DNA from: Okamejei kenojei
Lineage: Eukaryota
DNA: 64,000 nt
Direction: 5' to 3'
Assembly (NCBI GenBank): GCA_035221665.1
Contig: CM069141.1
Span: forward strand, 27,590,001-27,654,000
Position numbers and translations under genes: made by a program. Shown here in pieces: positions 36,229 to 49,862 of the stretch; the first letter of the stretch is position 1; every line of letters begins with the position of its first letter. Under the pieces are notes generated by a model, which ran no database searches, was not told where the DNA came from, and saw only the letters and a program-made list of their open reading frames with translations.

Positions 36229-39200
36229 ACATTCTGGATCAAGATGTTGGAATGACTTTTAAAGTATGCTGCAAAAAGATATATGTGTTGCACCCCAAAC
36301 ACACTGGTACCCTCAGCTCAATTACCAATGGATTCAAGATTATAACATTAAATTGTTTGTTATACAGTATGATCTGGCATGAAATTGATTTTGTTTCTCA
36401 GTGGCATGAGGATTATTTGTATTGGCTGCATATAATTCTCATATCAGAGAAGAGCGAGGCACTGCTTCTCGGCATCTGATCTATATTTCACATCCGAGCT
36501 GCTGGTACAATATGAAGTCAATAAATCACAACAGCAAGTTTCATTTCAGAAAAAAATGATACATTTTACATCAACGGCCACTAACATTCAAAATATTAAA
36601 TTTAAATAACCCAAAAAACAAATTAATAGTAATTAAATTGAACATTTTATCTTTTTATGAAAAAGTTTAACAATGGAATTAGATTTCTTGAGACTAAAAG
36701 TGGAGGTGATTTATTTTGATTGCTACTTACTGTTTGTCCAACTTGCTATAGACGATGATAAGGAAACCCTCTTCCAAAAATGCATGTTCAATTTTGTTGC
36801 CATCTTACAACTTGCAATGATGGGACAACTACTACATTATTAAAAAAAATCTATTGCACAGTTCTTCAGCTCCACATGAGCAAACTGGGTAACAAGATAC
36901 AGAAGGAATGAATACATCTGAGAAAAGTTGCTTTCAAGAAGCACCTTAAAGAAGGTGAGGGTGGAAAGAGAATGGCAGCTTTAAGAAGATAATTGGCCAC
37001 TGAAAGTGCAGTTTCCAAAGTGCTGGGAGTGGGGGGAGGAGTGCGGGGGAGGGGGGGTGGGGGGTGGTGGTGAAGATCACGACTAATACAGAGGATGAAG
37101 CCGTGGGAGGATTTAGGACTGAGCTGATGCAGATATATTGTCCAAGTGCTGATCATCACTGGACATAATAAAGAGTGGGCATATAAACCGTTGAGAAGCC
37201 ACACAACTGAAGCTAACTGACTCTTGCCTGATGCACTTTCATGTCAATTGCCACGGAAGTCACGTAAAAAAATCACAAAGAGCCATCTCAGCAGCTTTTG
37301 CAGAGTTTTCACTCAGGTGTCATGTGGCACCAATGCCTGTTGTGATCTTGATCTGCAATGTCAGCATAGATTAAATAATGTGTTTGGCCACATATGATAC
37401 CTGCCTTTAAGCAATTACCTGCTTAAGGACTTATTTTTTACCATATTTATTTTATCAGTCCAAGCATAATTACAAAATTCTCAATTTCCCTATCCTATTT
37501 GCATTGCTGCATATATATGTAAGTTTTATTCTGAGAGTAAAACATTTGATAGCCTTGCATTATTTATTTGCTTCAGTTATATTATTCTATCCTCATGGGC
37601 AAACTTGACATATATTTTCTTTTCCTTAGGCATTCTCCAGGGATCAAGGATGACTTGCTTTCACTCCCAATAAGGAAGTGGATGATATCACATTTTCCAT
37701 ATGTATTCCATGTGACATGTACTTGCACATTCGCCTACCTGTATACATCCCCTGATGCTTCTCTGCAATCTCCTCACAACTCATGCTGTCACCTAGTTTT
37801 GTATCATCACTCAAGTTAGAAATACTTAATCCTCTTCTTTAACCATTCGTATAGATGGGGAACAGCTGAAGCTCCAGCACCAATCACTGCTGTGCACCAC
37901 TAGAATCCCCAACACATAACTGGCATCTTTATTCCTATTTTTCACATTTTCCCTGTTAATCAATCCGCTCTCGACACCAATGGTTTCCCCATACTGTGCA
38001 CTCTAAATGTATTTAATAATCTGTGTTGAACCTTCTTTGAAGAACTTCTGTAGGGCCAAACAAAAAGCACATTTATTTGACACCACCATTATTGACGTCT
38101 GTAGGAACAATGGGTTGGGCCAGTAATGGACCTCTAGATTGGACCCTCTCACCTCTCACACAAGGTTTTCATTTCAAAGACTGATGCAACTAAAACTGGT
38201 GAGAAAGAGCAATTAATGAAACCTAATTGTGAAAACCTGTAGATTTCCAATGCATTTCACATTAAATTAAAGTTGACAGGAAAAAAGAAACTCCATTGTA
38301 TTCAGCACTGGAAAGTTTTCATAGTTTTCTTATCATATGCCGATCATCAGTAGCTAGATTCAGTGTCAGTGTTCATTACCATTTATTGGTAAGGATACAC
38401 TCTACAAAGTTGTAGTGGGCAATTTTGGTAATGGGATTCTTATCACTGGCAGGTTTTAAAAAATAGATATATAAAAACTTTAGTAAGGAATTATGTTAAT
38501 ATATTCATATAATGCCAATTCAAAATTAGGGAACACAAAGCAAATGCCAATTTTTAATAAGGGTTAAACACAAAAAAAAAGCTCAATTTTTTCAAAATTG
38601 TAAATTCATGCAGAATGATAGCTGACTAAAGAAATGCACAATAATGAATGTAATCCTGTTAATGTATTTATGAATGCATTAGTCTTAACAATGAACACCT
38701 GTCATTAATAATTCACTCTTGGCTTATGTTATTCTGTTGCCAACTGGTTGAACTGCATGTGGAGTTTTATAATATAACTATTTTCAGTCAGGACCAATTC
38801 TGTTCGGCATCTTAGATCCTACCACTACAGTGCAGTTGATCCATTATTTCCAATGTGCTACGAGAGATTAGAACTATACCTGGGTGCCCTTGAGAATCAT
38901 TGTTGCATAGCCAATGTTACAGTACAATGGAAAAAGTACAAAGCCATCCTGCGGTCTAGAAAAATCTGAGTTCAAAGTTCGAATTAATTTTAATTAGGTA
39001 GAATTCTAATTATAACTTAAACTGGTATAATCAAATTATATTTCTTAGTATTTTTAAATCACTTCTAAATGGCTCCACCAGAATTATCTTCCTAAACAAC
39101 AGCATTCCTTTGTTAGGTTCTAAAATATACCCATTTGCTGTGTTAAAATTATATCATTAACTTGGTTAATCTCTCTCACCCACTTTCCCTAAATTTTACT

Positions 39201-40764
39201 TCAAAAATCAATCTGTTTTGTATTTTGCAGGCTGACCCAATGCTTTGTAGATAGCATCGTGGATATGAATTTCTCGATGGCCATCTTTCCATTCTTGCTC
39301 AAAGTGAGGGATCTCTTCCCATCACAGTCTACCATCAAAAACTGACTTGGCTTCAGTGCTTTAGAATGCAGTGCCTTGCCTTCTGGAGTTTATTGAAGAA
39401 AGACACCGGCTGCTACTGTAGAGCATCCCTCCACCAGAAGAACAGCACTGCTTGTCACAATCTGAAAGCGAATATCTTTGATATCTTTGTAAATAGATCC
39501 TTCCAGGTGACATAATGTGGACTTTGTTCTAGGGTTTGGCGCCCTTTTTACTTCTACAACAGGAGGCCTGGTCAACGCATATCTTTCCCAATGATACCAG
39601 CCAACGAAACAGCGAGCTTACCAATTCTGCAGGGTGATCATTATCACAAGAACCATCAGCTTACATTTGGCAGTCAAAGCACCATATGACAAAGAATAAC
39701 AAGTGATTTCATTGCTACTAATGTGCAGCTAGCAAGCAATACCACTCACTTTATCTTGCATGTCAGTGTCAATGATTCAGAAGACCACCAAGGCACTTCC
39801 CTTATATGGCATCTCAGCCCTCAAGGTGAATTGAAGGGAATATTATAATGCAATAAATCATTCTGTACCATTGTTGAAATCCACGATTTTTGACCACTTA
39901 GCCCAGAAGGGGAGATGATTGTAGTTTAGCTGGGCTACGGCCATTTCTGGGGAGTCTCAGGACTAATAGACAAAGCATCTTTGTAACCATTCGATAGTAA
40001 GAGAAAATGGAACTGCTGGAATAAACAACTAGTACATAAATTAAACTTCTTTAAAAACAATGGGATTCACATTGATAATGGCATTTGAGTACAGAAAAGG
40101 GGGTCCCAACACATTCAACAATTCCCAGTGATATTCATCTAGGAATGTTTGCTTTTTACATGGCTCAGCATGGCCCAGCTAAATAGATCATAATGGCAAC
40201 AGAATTCAGGACAAAATGTCAGACAGTTGATATATTTAGCCTCCCATTTAGTGACGCAGACTACTTTGTTATTTTCCATGGTGAGATGCGTTATAGAAGA
40301 GTTTAATTGGCACTCTACTTAAATTTGCAAAATGAATCAGTTAATTGAATTTCAATTGGCCTTTTACACCAGCGTGCTCATCAGTCCGCCTTTCAGAACA
40401 CTGAAAAAAGTTATCATGAAGTTCACAATATTCCGCTCACATAGCAATATGTGAACAGTGTTACACCGATCCACACAGTCAGATGTAGCTTACAATTGTA
40501 AAGTCCTGACCATAAACAATGCAGGGTTTCTCCAGAGAGATGACTGATGTTGACTGAAAAATACTGCCCTCAATGGTGTCATGTAGCATTCAATGTTCAT
40601 TCTTATCCACAAGTGTATCCAGGTTGCCTGGAAAGATGCAACCAAGGTCATAATAGTCATGAACCATTTTCATGAACCGAGTCTAAATAATGATGCCAAA
40701 AGGGATACTATTTTACTTTGATCCCCAGAGTGCAGCTGAACAAACCACAAACCACATTCTCATC

Positions 40765-41006
40765 TTTCGCAGCCAACAATGGATCATTATGGGCTCTACC
40801 CTTTCTTGGTCATCTGTTGCCGGCCATGTTTTATTTTCAGGCCTTTTCTTACCCCCAGCTCCCTCCCTCTATTTTTACAGAAGAAGGGTCCCGACCCGAA
40901 ACGTAACCCATCTTTTTTCTCCAGAGATGCTGCCTGACCAGCTGAGTTACTCCAGCACTTTGTGACCGTCTTCAGTATGAAACAACATCTGCAATTCATT
41001 TCTACA
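40765..41006 (+). mobile_element. Penelope-type 3' fragment with degenerate hammerhead
   Basis: cagaagaagggtcccgacccgaaacgta followed by the shared ccagagatgctgcc...ctgcaattc end. Confidence 0.7.
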
Positions 41007-44000
41007 TCCTAAATCACATTAGCAATTGGATTCAGGGTGAAAGTTAATTTGTTATATATTTAGTGTGCCAATTGGACATGAATGATTTTCAGATGTTCCA
41101 TACTTACATGATGGAATCTCAAACTTAGTAGCCGAGTTTGTCCAGCCAGCTCCACTCCAGCACTAAATCTCACAGTCATAAGAATATTAAGAAATAGGAG
41201 CAGGAATAGGCAATTTGACCTTCAAACCTGTTTTGCCAATTGTTAAATCCACGGCTGATGTACATTCTGAGTGCTATATCCTTTGATTTCCTCATGATCG
41301 CTATTTGCAGTAGTCTATTGTAGCCTTCCTCCACTCAACAACATTTTGCCTGCCAAAGTGGATAACCTCACATTTCCCTCCGTTATATTTCATCTTCCAA
41401 ATCTGCCCACTCACACCTCCTTCATATCTTCCTCACAACTAGTTTTACCACTATCAAGATTTACATGGCTGAAATTGGTTAGTTTTTATTTTTTTTTAAT
41501 CATTTACATGGAAAGGAAACCTGCACAACATGATACATTTAAGTCAGGACCACTAAATGCAAGGGAACATTTTAAAATAGCGCCCAATGTATTTTGGCAC
41601 ATAGCCCTGCAAATACAGCATTTCTTTTGCCTACAGCACTTTGCTAATGTTTTCTCTCTCCCCTAATTATTGAATTCCCAACTATTATTACACCAATGTT
41701 CTCTGCTTTCTCCTCCTTTCTCCTGCTGTTCTTCCATAACTCTTTATCTTGCATCTGACAGGTGGCAAGTATACTGTAACTTTTGAATAGGCCATTTTAT
41801 GTGGATTCTCATTCTCTATGCTATTTGCGTTCCCCCTTTACCTCTACTCTATTCGTCAAATCATCTCCATTCTAATGCTTGCACCCTAGTAAGCTCTGCA
41901 ACTGACATTTCAGATAATCATCTGCCCCATTATGATCTTATGAAAATTCTAAACAAGAGTGATTTGAGGAGGCAACATCTATTGATGATATGCTTGCTTG
42001 GAGCTATAACAATTCACAGAATCTCAAATACTGTGTCATTCATAATTTTTACTGTTATATATTTGTTTCCATTATTTTTATTTTATCTCTTGCAACTTAG
42101 TCAATTTTAAGAACATGCTAATTCGCACCAAGCACTAAAACAATGGAAAAAAATCACTATGCAGAAATTATACTGTTGCAACAATTAGAGACCAAAAAAC
42201 CGTATCCCACTGACCCTGACTTCTATGTTAGATATTCTATTTTGGAAATATGCATGAGAGCACTCTCTATTTGCAGTTGCATAAATCATATTATCAAGTT
42301 GAGCATCATTCCTTGTATTCTTTTACGGTCTAGCCAATTTAATATTTATTTAGTCTCTTTCCCTTGCATGTCAGTTGTTTCACTTTGAAATTGAGTTGTT
42401 TCACTTTGTTGTTGTACGGCCTTTTATGAAATTTGAGATTTAATTCAATGCACATTTGAAGAGCAAACCTGCAGGCAAGACAACACATAACCAGTTGTCC
42501 AACATTTCATCAATGAATTAGCTAATTATGTTATGCATGCAAATTATAGAGGGAATCACTTTATATAATCGGAAGGGCAAAATTATTTCAAAGTAATTTG
42601 CATCATGTTCTTTGTTTTGGTTTCTTTATGGCTTAGGAGTTTATTCTCCAGCGATTAAATGTATTTTTCTTGAATTTTGACTGAACTTTCAATCCATTCC
42701 CCCAGGAAAAACTTTTACATTTGAATCTAAAGGTATAAAATAAACCTCTTTTCTTACACCCTCCTGAGAAGCTTTAAATGGCACGGTTTTGTTTCACTGA
42801 CATGCAGCATCACACAGCAGCCTCATAAGGGTTTTCCAGTGGGAATAACCAGTCTATCAGTGATCAATCGTACAATAGAGAAGTGCTATATACAAAGGAA
42901 ATTCTAGATTATTGCAACAATACATAGGAACATAGTTTTGAAATGCTGCTCTTTTACATTTAATGTTCCTGACTTAAATTTATCATGTGTTACAGGTTTC
43001 CTATATCTGTAAATGATTAACATTTTTTTTAAGTTAGCAATTTTAGCCATTGCACTTGGTAGGTAAGGTACTGAGTACAATTCTTTCCCAAACCCAAACA
43101 GTTCTTAATTCATTTTGTAGAAGCATTGAATGAAGCTGTCATTTGTCCAATCTTGAGTACTTTATTCATCCTATTTTTAATTGTTTTTTAGCAGGAATAT
43201 ACCTTTCAGTTTACCCTCTAAAATATAACTTATTTAGTTGACATTGCTATGCAATACAGTCAATTACTAAATTATTCTTGCTTGCATACCATGTTATCTA
43301 AATATACTAATCATTTAAAATGATATCATTTTCTGTCAAATAAATTAGGCATCCACTTTTTATCTAAGTCAGTTAGCATAAATCCCAACTAATTGTAATA
43401 TCTGTACTCTTAGAAAGGACAATTAGTACATCAGTTTGACAGTAATGGACAGCACATTATTCTCACAACTGATTCAAATTAATTCCATGTTTGAATTTGT
43501 GCAAGAAATAGTTGGAAGGTTATATTTTAATCACTTTAAAGTGTTTGGTAACTATGTAGGCCAATTAACCAATTAACATGAGACGGAAGCAGCACAAAAT
43601 TAATGATATGGATGCCTGTTATTTGAAAGTCCTTGACATGCAAAAGGATTTGTGGAAATTGGTATTCCAGGTTCTCTAAAGTTGTCATGTTATAGATTAA
43701 TGCTAAACTAAATTTACAGGGTTCACTATTCGATTAAAGTGGAAGAAATATATTTTTAATTGCTGCCATCACATTTGTAAAGAAGTAATGGGCACCCACT
43801 ATACTTCACTCACTATATTCAGTAACATTACATCAAAGGATCTTATAATGAAATAATAAAAATGGCAGATGATGCACTGGGATCTGCTTCAAGCTATTAG
43901 CCAATGCTGGAGTTCTGCTACAATGACTCTCCCAAATTGAACACATTGCACCTACAATTGCTTCTTGCTATTTAACATATGAAATTACTTCTCAAGAAAT

Positions 44001-44385
44001 GTTTCAGGCTTGTTTTCACAATGTGCTAATAATTTTGGTAAGCAATATTATGATAAGGTTAGCAACAAATCCTCTCAAAAATGGATGCGTGCATCAAAGC
44101 CTAACTTTAATTCAGGCAAATATGGCTAACTCTTTCATTGTCGGGGTGTAAAGCAGCTGTTAAATTACATTGCAGCCATTTTCACCCATACCAACATTTT
44201 CCATCTGTGGATTGAGTATCACCCAATTGATTGCACATTCCAGTCAATATTTTCTTTGGAGTTCCATGGACATCAAAGTGGCCAAATAATGCACATACTT
44301 TGTGGAAGGATGGCTGACTATGTCCTGCATTCTGCAAAACAGGTATAGTTGCAGAAAGTACATAACTCACTCTACTTAAATACAT

Positions 44386-44719
44386 AAAGCTGGAGTAACT
44401 CAGCGGGACAGGCAGCATCTCTGGAGAGAAGGAATGGGTGATGTTTCAGGTTGAGACCCTTCTTCAGACTAGTCAGGGAAAACGGAAACGAGAGATATAG
44501 ACGAAGACGTAGAGAGATAAGGAACAAAGAATGAAAGATATGCAAAATAGTAACAAATGTAAAGGAAACAGGCCATTGTTAGCTGACTCAACTGAAGAAG
44601 GGTCTCGACCTGAAACATCACCCATTCCTTCTCTCCAGAGATGCTGCCTGTCCCGTTGAGTTACTTCAGCTGTTGGTGTCTATATTCGGTTAAACCAGCA
44701 TCTGCAGTTCCTTCCTACA
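44386..44719. mobile_element. Palindromic Penelope-type repeat with two opposed hammerhead-like cores
   Basis: ~90-bp inverted arms around a ~120-bp spacer shared with 20272-20353. Cores at ~44438-44470 (-) and ~44591-44620 (+). Direct repeat taaatacat flanks the element. Confidence 0.8.
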
Positions 44720-46052
44720 TAAATACATTGTTGTTTTTTCTTTTCTTTTATTATTTAGATTTATTATTCATTTCCTCTTGCACGGTAACTATCTCTTCCT
44801 TTTGAATCATGTTTTCCACATGGGCTTCTCTAAAATTCCTTCTCAAATGCAACGAACCAAAGAACCACCATATGGAAAAAAGACTGATTGCATATAATTT
44901 GGCAAAATGCCTCATTATTGAAACATCTGATATTTTTCAGTCTCGCCTTAGATAATTATAAAAGTAAGCTTGCTCCAAAGTATTTTGTTACGTCTGTTTG
45001 CTTTGTTTATGGCTTGTGATTTTTGAAACAATACCATTTATCCTCTTGTATCATTCCACCCAGAGGTTTCACAGTTACACTCTGCTCCCTGAAGTAAAGT
45101 TCTTAAATTTGAATCTCAGGCTATAGAATAAACAATTTTTCTTACCCCCTCCAAAGGGTCTTGAAATGGCACTGTTTTGTTTATTGAAGACTTTTGCTCA
45201 CAAAACTATTATTACCAACCACGTAGACTAGGCGACAAGCTAACAGGACATATATTCAAACTTTAGAAACTCGCATTATGTTTGAAAAGTTTCAATATAA
45301 CAATTTTCATATTATGCTGAATATCACTGAACATCTGCAACCCTTACTTCAAAGTGCAACTCTGTAATACTATTCTTATCAACATCATGTAATGCAAAAG
45401 TGATTTTTCATTGGAATTAATAGCAATAAGGAGTATTTCTTGGTTGTGTCACATCACCCTGGAAATTTTACTGTGCATTTCCATGCATGTCACCCTTGAG
45501 ACCCCAAGGAACAGCAACAGATGGTATTTTTCATATAGAAATTGGTGCCTGCTGAATTGAGATGACAGCGATCTCTCTAAAGAACTTCATTACAGTAATA
45601 GCAGTCAAACATTTAACTTCTGTCCAAATGTCATCGTTTTTTTTGGCAGTTCTCTTAAAAAACATCCCCTTCCTTCAAGATTGCAATGGGAGAAACACAT
45701 TATGTGATATATTCCACCATTTTCCACTGCAAATGTAATGAGTTATTGAGGATTTACTGAACACTATCAGCCCAGACTGATGAATTTCTGATCAGGATAC
45801 AAAGGGCTTGGGTAGATCCTGTGATATGTTCCTCTCTTGTCTGTCTAAATATAACAACCCTATTAATCCATAATTGAAGGAGCTTCAGGTTACTTCCTAT
45901 TAGACAAAGGGGTTGGGACTTCACCTGGCTGTGCCCTGATTGTGTGGCTCACTACCCATTGTAGAATCTTTGATGAAATCTGTAGCATTTCCTTTGGTTG
46001 CATTCAACTATAAGTAGACCATTCTCAAATCTGTCTATTCAGTTCTGATGAT

Positions 46053-46932
46053 AGATATCAAATGCTGGAATAACTCAAGGGACAGGCAGCATCTCTGGAA
46101 AGAAGGAATGGGTGACGGTTCGGGTGGAGACTGTTCTTCCGACCCGAAACGTTACCCATTCCTTCTCTCCAGAGATGCTGCCTGTCCTGTTGAGTTAAGG
46201 GCCTGTCCTACTTGGCTGCCTTTCTCGCGCCATTTATGCGACCAGCTAGCGTGTGGGTAGTGCGTGGGTAGCATGGGGACAGGTGCATGGAGTAGTATGG
46301 AGTGATGTGGAGGAGTGTGGAGTGGCTTGGAGGAATGTGGACTTTGTCCTGCCTGAAATCTTCGCGCGCCACCGGCCTGTCGCGTAACCGACAGCCAAAG
46401 TGGGACAGGCCCAAGACCCTGGTGCGATGCAACGTCTCACCTCCAACAGCAGAAGCAGGCAAATGATCGTCGAACTCAGCCTGGGGCTCACGGCCGTTGC
46501 GGATCCGGATCCGCCCCCACTCCTACTCCCAGAGCGGGGCCAAGACGATTGGAGATAGACACAAAATGCAGGAGTAACTCAGCGGGACCAGCAGCATCTC
46601 TGGAGAGAAGGAATGGGTGATGTTTTGGATCAAGACCCTTCTTTCAGACTGATGAAGGGTCTTGACCTGAAACATCATCCATTGCTTCTCTCCAGAGATG
46701 CTGCCGGTCCTGCTGAGTTACTCCTGCATTTTGTGTCTATCTTCAAATGACGTCATGCGCTCCAGATGGCTGTGCGGGCGCATGATGACGCGAGCGACTC
46801 TCACAGGACCGTTGCGCGACCATCACTACTGGCTTGTCGCGTAAGTGATGGCCCAAGTGGGACAGGCCCTTTACTCCAGCATTTTGTGTCCATCTTTGGT
46901 GTAAAGCAGCATCTGCAGTTTCTTCTTACACA
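46053..46932. mobile_element. Palindromic Penelope-type repeat split by a Harbinger insertion
   Basis: 17-bp TSD tattcagttctgatgat (46036-46052, 46933-46949). The arm gagtta|ctccagc is interrupted at its TTA. Confidence 0.8.
46198..46870. mobile_element. Non-autonomous PIF/Harbinger element containing a palindromic hammerhead repeat (~46551-46745)
   Basis: TIRs agggcctgtcctacttgg / ccaagtgggacaggccct. TTA TSD at 46195-46197 and 46871-46873. Extra internal TIR-like aagtgggacaggccc at ~46398-46412. Confidence 0.85.
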
Positions 46933-48409
46933 TATTCAGTTCTGATGATGTGAAATGGTAACTCATTCTTTATACCGATGTTGCCTGACCATGCATTTCC
47001 AGCATTTTCACGTTTTACTTCAGCTTTGAACATCAGCTACCTTTCTTTTGTAGGCATTCCATGGCACTGGAGTCTTTTAATGTTATTACTCAAGAAATTA
47101 GATTAAGTTCCAGTGTTCCTGTTGTGGCATTATCGTTTTGAGTTTGAAGCAAACTGTTTCATGAATCACATTTCACAATTGAAACAGTCTTCCAGCAGTG
47201 TTACCACTAGTGTGTTGACTGTGTGACATCTGTAAAGCTGAATTCAGGCTTATTACCACAAAGTGCCAATTCCTAAACTGACGCTTCTTTGCATCTGTAC
47301 CCAATCTCTCTTTGATATTTCATTCAAAATGTTTTTTGATGAAAACAAGTTGGAAAGGGTGAGACGTCTGCTGTTTTTACATTTTTATGTTACATTTCGT
47401 CCTAGCACCTTCTGCTGATACAAACCCTTTGCTTCCTCTTTGAGCCCTCCCCCCTCCTCCATTCCCCGGAAACTCAAAACAACATGAAGAATGCCATCAT
47501 CCATATGTCTCTGTCCCGCCTTCCTATGCTCCGTCGGAAAAATAAGCACTCAGGTTAAGTTTTGTATAAATATATTGATGAAGTTAATGTGAAAATGTCA
47601 AACGATCATGAAGGTCCAAATAATTGGTTACTAATGTAACATGTTAAAATATATCAGTATTCCTCTAATTCTATACAATCCATATCAAAATATTTATTTG
47701 ATCTAAAAAAATCAGTCATCACTCGATGCCACTACTTGCGTTCAAGAATAAGGGTGCTCCGTTCAATTATAATTAACTAGGTCAAGGCTTATTAGAAGTC
47801 TGGTGCGACAGGTTCAAAGATCCAAATGACAAATTTCTGTTCTTATGGGCTGACTGTTTTGATTTCCATTTCCACTCAAGAGCACATACTTAGCTCATTT
47901 GAACTGCACTGATCTATATTGGCTTATGTGTCATATTCCATATCACAATATATACTTTGGATCACATAATTGATTTTTTTAAATGGAGGCATATATCTTA
48001 GACTGTGGTTGTTCTGATTTTCATCAAATGTACCAAAGCTCCCTCAGCTGTAATTCTCAAAATAACAATGTTACTTTGTAACAATGGGCCGTTGATGCAA
48101 AGGGATTATGAAAGCTTCCCACCAATTCACACACAAACTGGACTTAAAACTATATATTTGTTTCTTCATCTCATCATTGAGTCTACACACTGGGGAGGTC
48201 CTTAACAGCAGTGTTGGAATATGTTCAGCACACAAACCCATAGTGCTATTATAAAAAACGGCTCACTTACATTCCTTCTAAGGTAAATATGGATGGACAA
48301 TTTGATGCTGGCCAGGTTAATAAAGCTCAGATCCCACAAATACATAAAGAACATTAAGTGGAACAATAGTTTCTTCCAAGTGGTAGCCTTAACTTCATGT
48401 AGTTCTCCC

Positions 48410-48640
48410 ATTTGTGGGTCAAAATGTCAGGAACCCCAGAGTTTGGAGCATTCCATCCAGGACCAGGCATGAGTACTGAGGGACTGCTGAATATCAGACA
48501 TACAGGTTTTCAGAAGAGAAAGTAAATCAATGCCACATCTACAGCCCTGTGCAATTAAAAGATCCCATGGTACTGTTATCAGAAAAGGATTAGAATTCTC
48601 CAGGTTTTACGGTCAATATTTAACCCTCAGTCATGTTCAC
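48410..48640 (+). mobile_element. Deu-domain SINE remnant (SacSINE1/AmnSINE1-like)
   Basis: gtactgagggactgctg...taaaagatcccatggtact...ggtcaatatttaaccctca match the DeuSINE central domain motifs. Confidence 0.7.
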
Positions 48641-48736
48641 TGTGGATTAAAATATTAATATACTTTCTTACTTAATTTTGATTGGAATTGAACTAGGTAA
48701 CGAAAGGGTGACAATTGGCATCTCTCGTTGACCAGT

Positions 48737-49313
48737 TGTAGAAGAGGTTTGTGGGAATCGGCAAAGTAAGATCAGACATATTACCTCTGGTGAAAGAATG
48801 TGTTGAAGGGTGGATGGTAAATGTAAACATGAAATAGTAGACGGAGATAAGGAAGCTTGTTTCTATCAGCAGTGTGTTACAGAAGACCACCCATGCCCCT
48901 ACCACTAGTAGCGTAGATACGTTGCAGAAAATAGGGGGCTTATGATTGGCTCGGAGGGGGGATGGTGATTCAGGCAGCCTAAAAGGTGAGATAAAATAAT
49001 GTCAAGACGCCCTTGTATTATCTTTGACTTGTATTAACCATCTGTTGTTGAATAAGATTGACATAAACAAAAAGTATGTTATGACTAATGAAATAATTGG
49101 TACCCTTGTAGTAGATACTATAGTTTTGTATAGTTGTATCTAAAAAAACAATTGTTTACTGCACAATATAACTGTAGGCTAATTGTGCTGTGAAGGCAGA
49201 GAACTGGTGAGCAGTTAACTGCTGCCAATTCTCCATGATCTTCATGCAATAAAGTCTCTTGAAGCAAACCTGCAAAATCTCCGCTTTTTATTTCACTTTA
49301 ATTTCCCTCTACA
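48737..49313 (+). mobile_element. Candidate solo LTR
   Basis: TGTAGA...TCTACA inverted termini, TATA-like aatataac (~49165) and AATAAA (~49249). No matching TSD. Confidence 0.5.
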
Positions 49314-49862
49314 TTAATTTCTTCCACATTCACTAACAATAATAATAAAGGGTCATTGATTCAGAACATTGATTCAGCTTTTCTTTCCACAGAATACTGT
49401 CCTAACCTGCTGAGACTTTACAGTACTTTAATTTTATTTAAGATTTGTGGCATCTGTGTTTTTACTGAATTTCAATGACTAAGGAGACATTGGACAAAGC
49501 ATTTAATTCTGTTGTGTGTCTTTTTTGCAATGATGTGACTGAACTGAAGTGTAACATTGAATCACTAAACACAACCAGCACTTCCAGCATTCCATTACAT
49601 AAAGGGATTGCGAACTCAGCCCTTCAATCATCAGCCTAAGCACCATGATAGTTTAGTTTATTATTGTCACATGTACCAAGGTACAGTGAAAAGCTATTTT
49701 GTAGTGAATTGAATACATGAAATTAATTACATCACTAAAGTCCAATTTAACTGTGCAGTCATTAAATCTGCTATCACAATCTACCTACTTGGTGATAGCT
49801 GGCATTGTTCCCAGTATGACAAGGGTACAAATGTGGTACATGCTTGTCATGCAGGGGCACTG

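Noticed and set aside
47490-47560. Short + ORF MKNAIIHMSLSRLPMLRRKNKHS ending at cag|gttaag
   Set aside because: Weak donor, no recognisable homology, and no supporting downstream exon.
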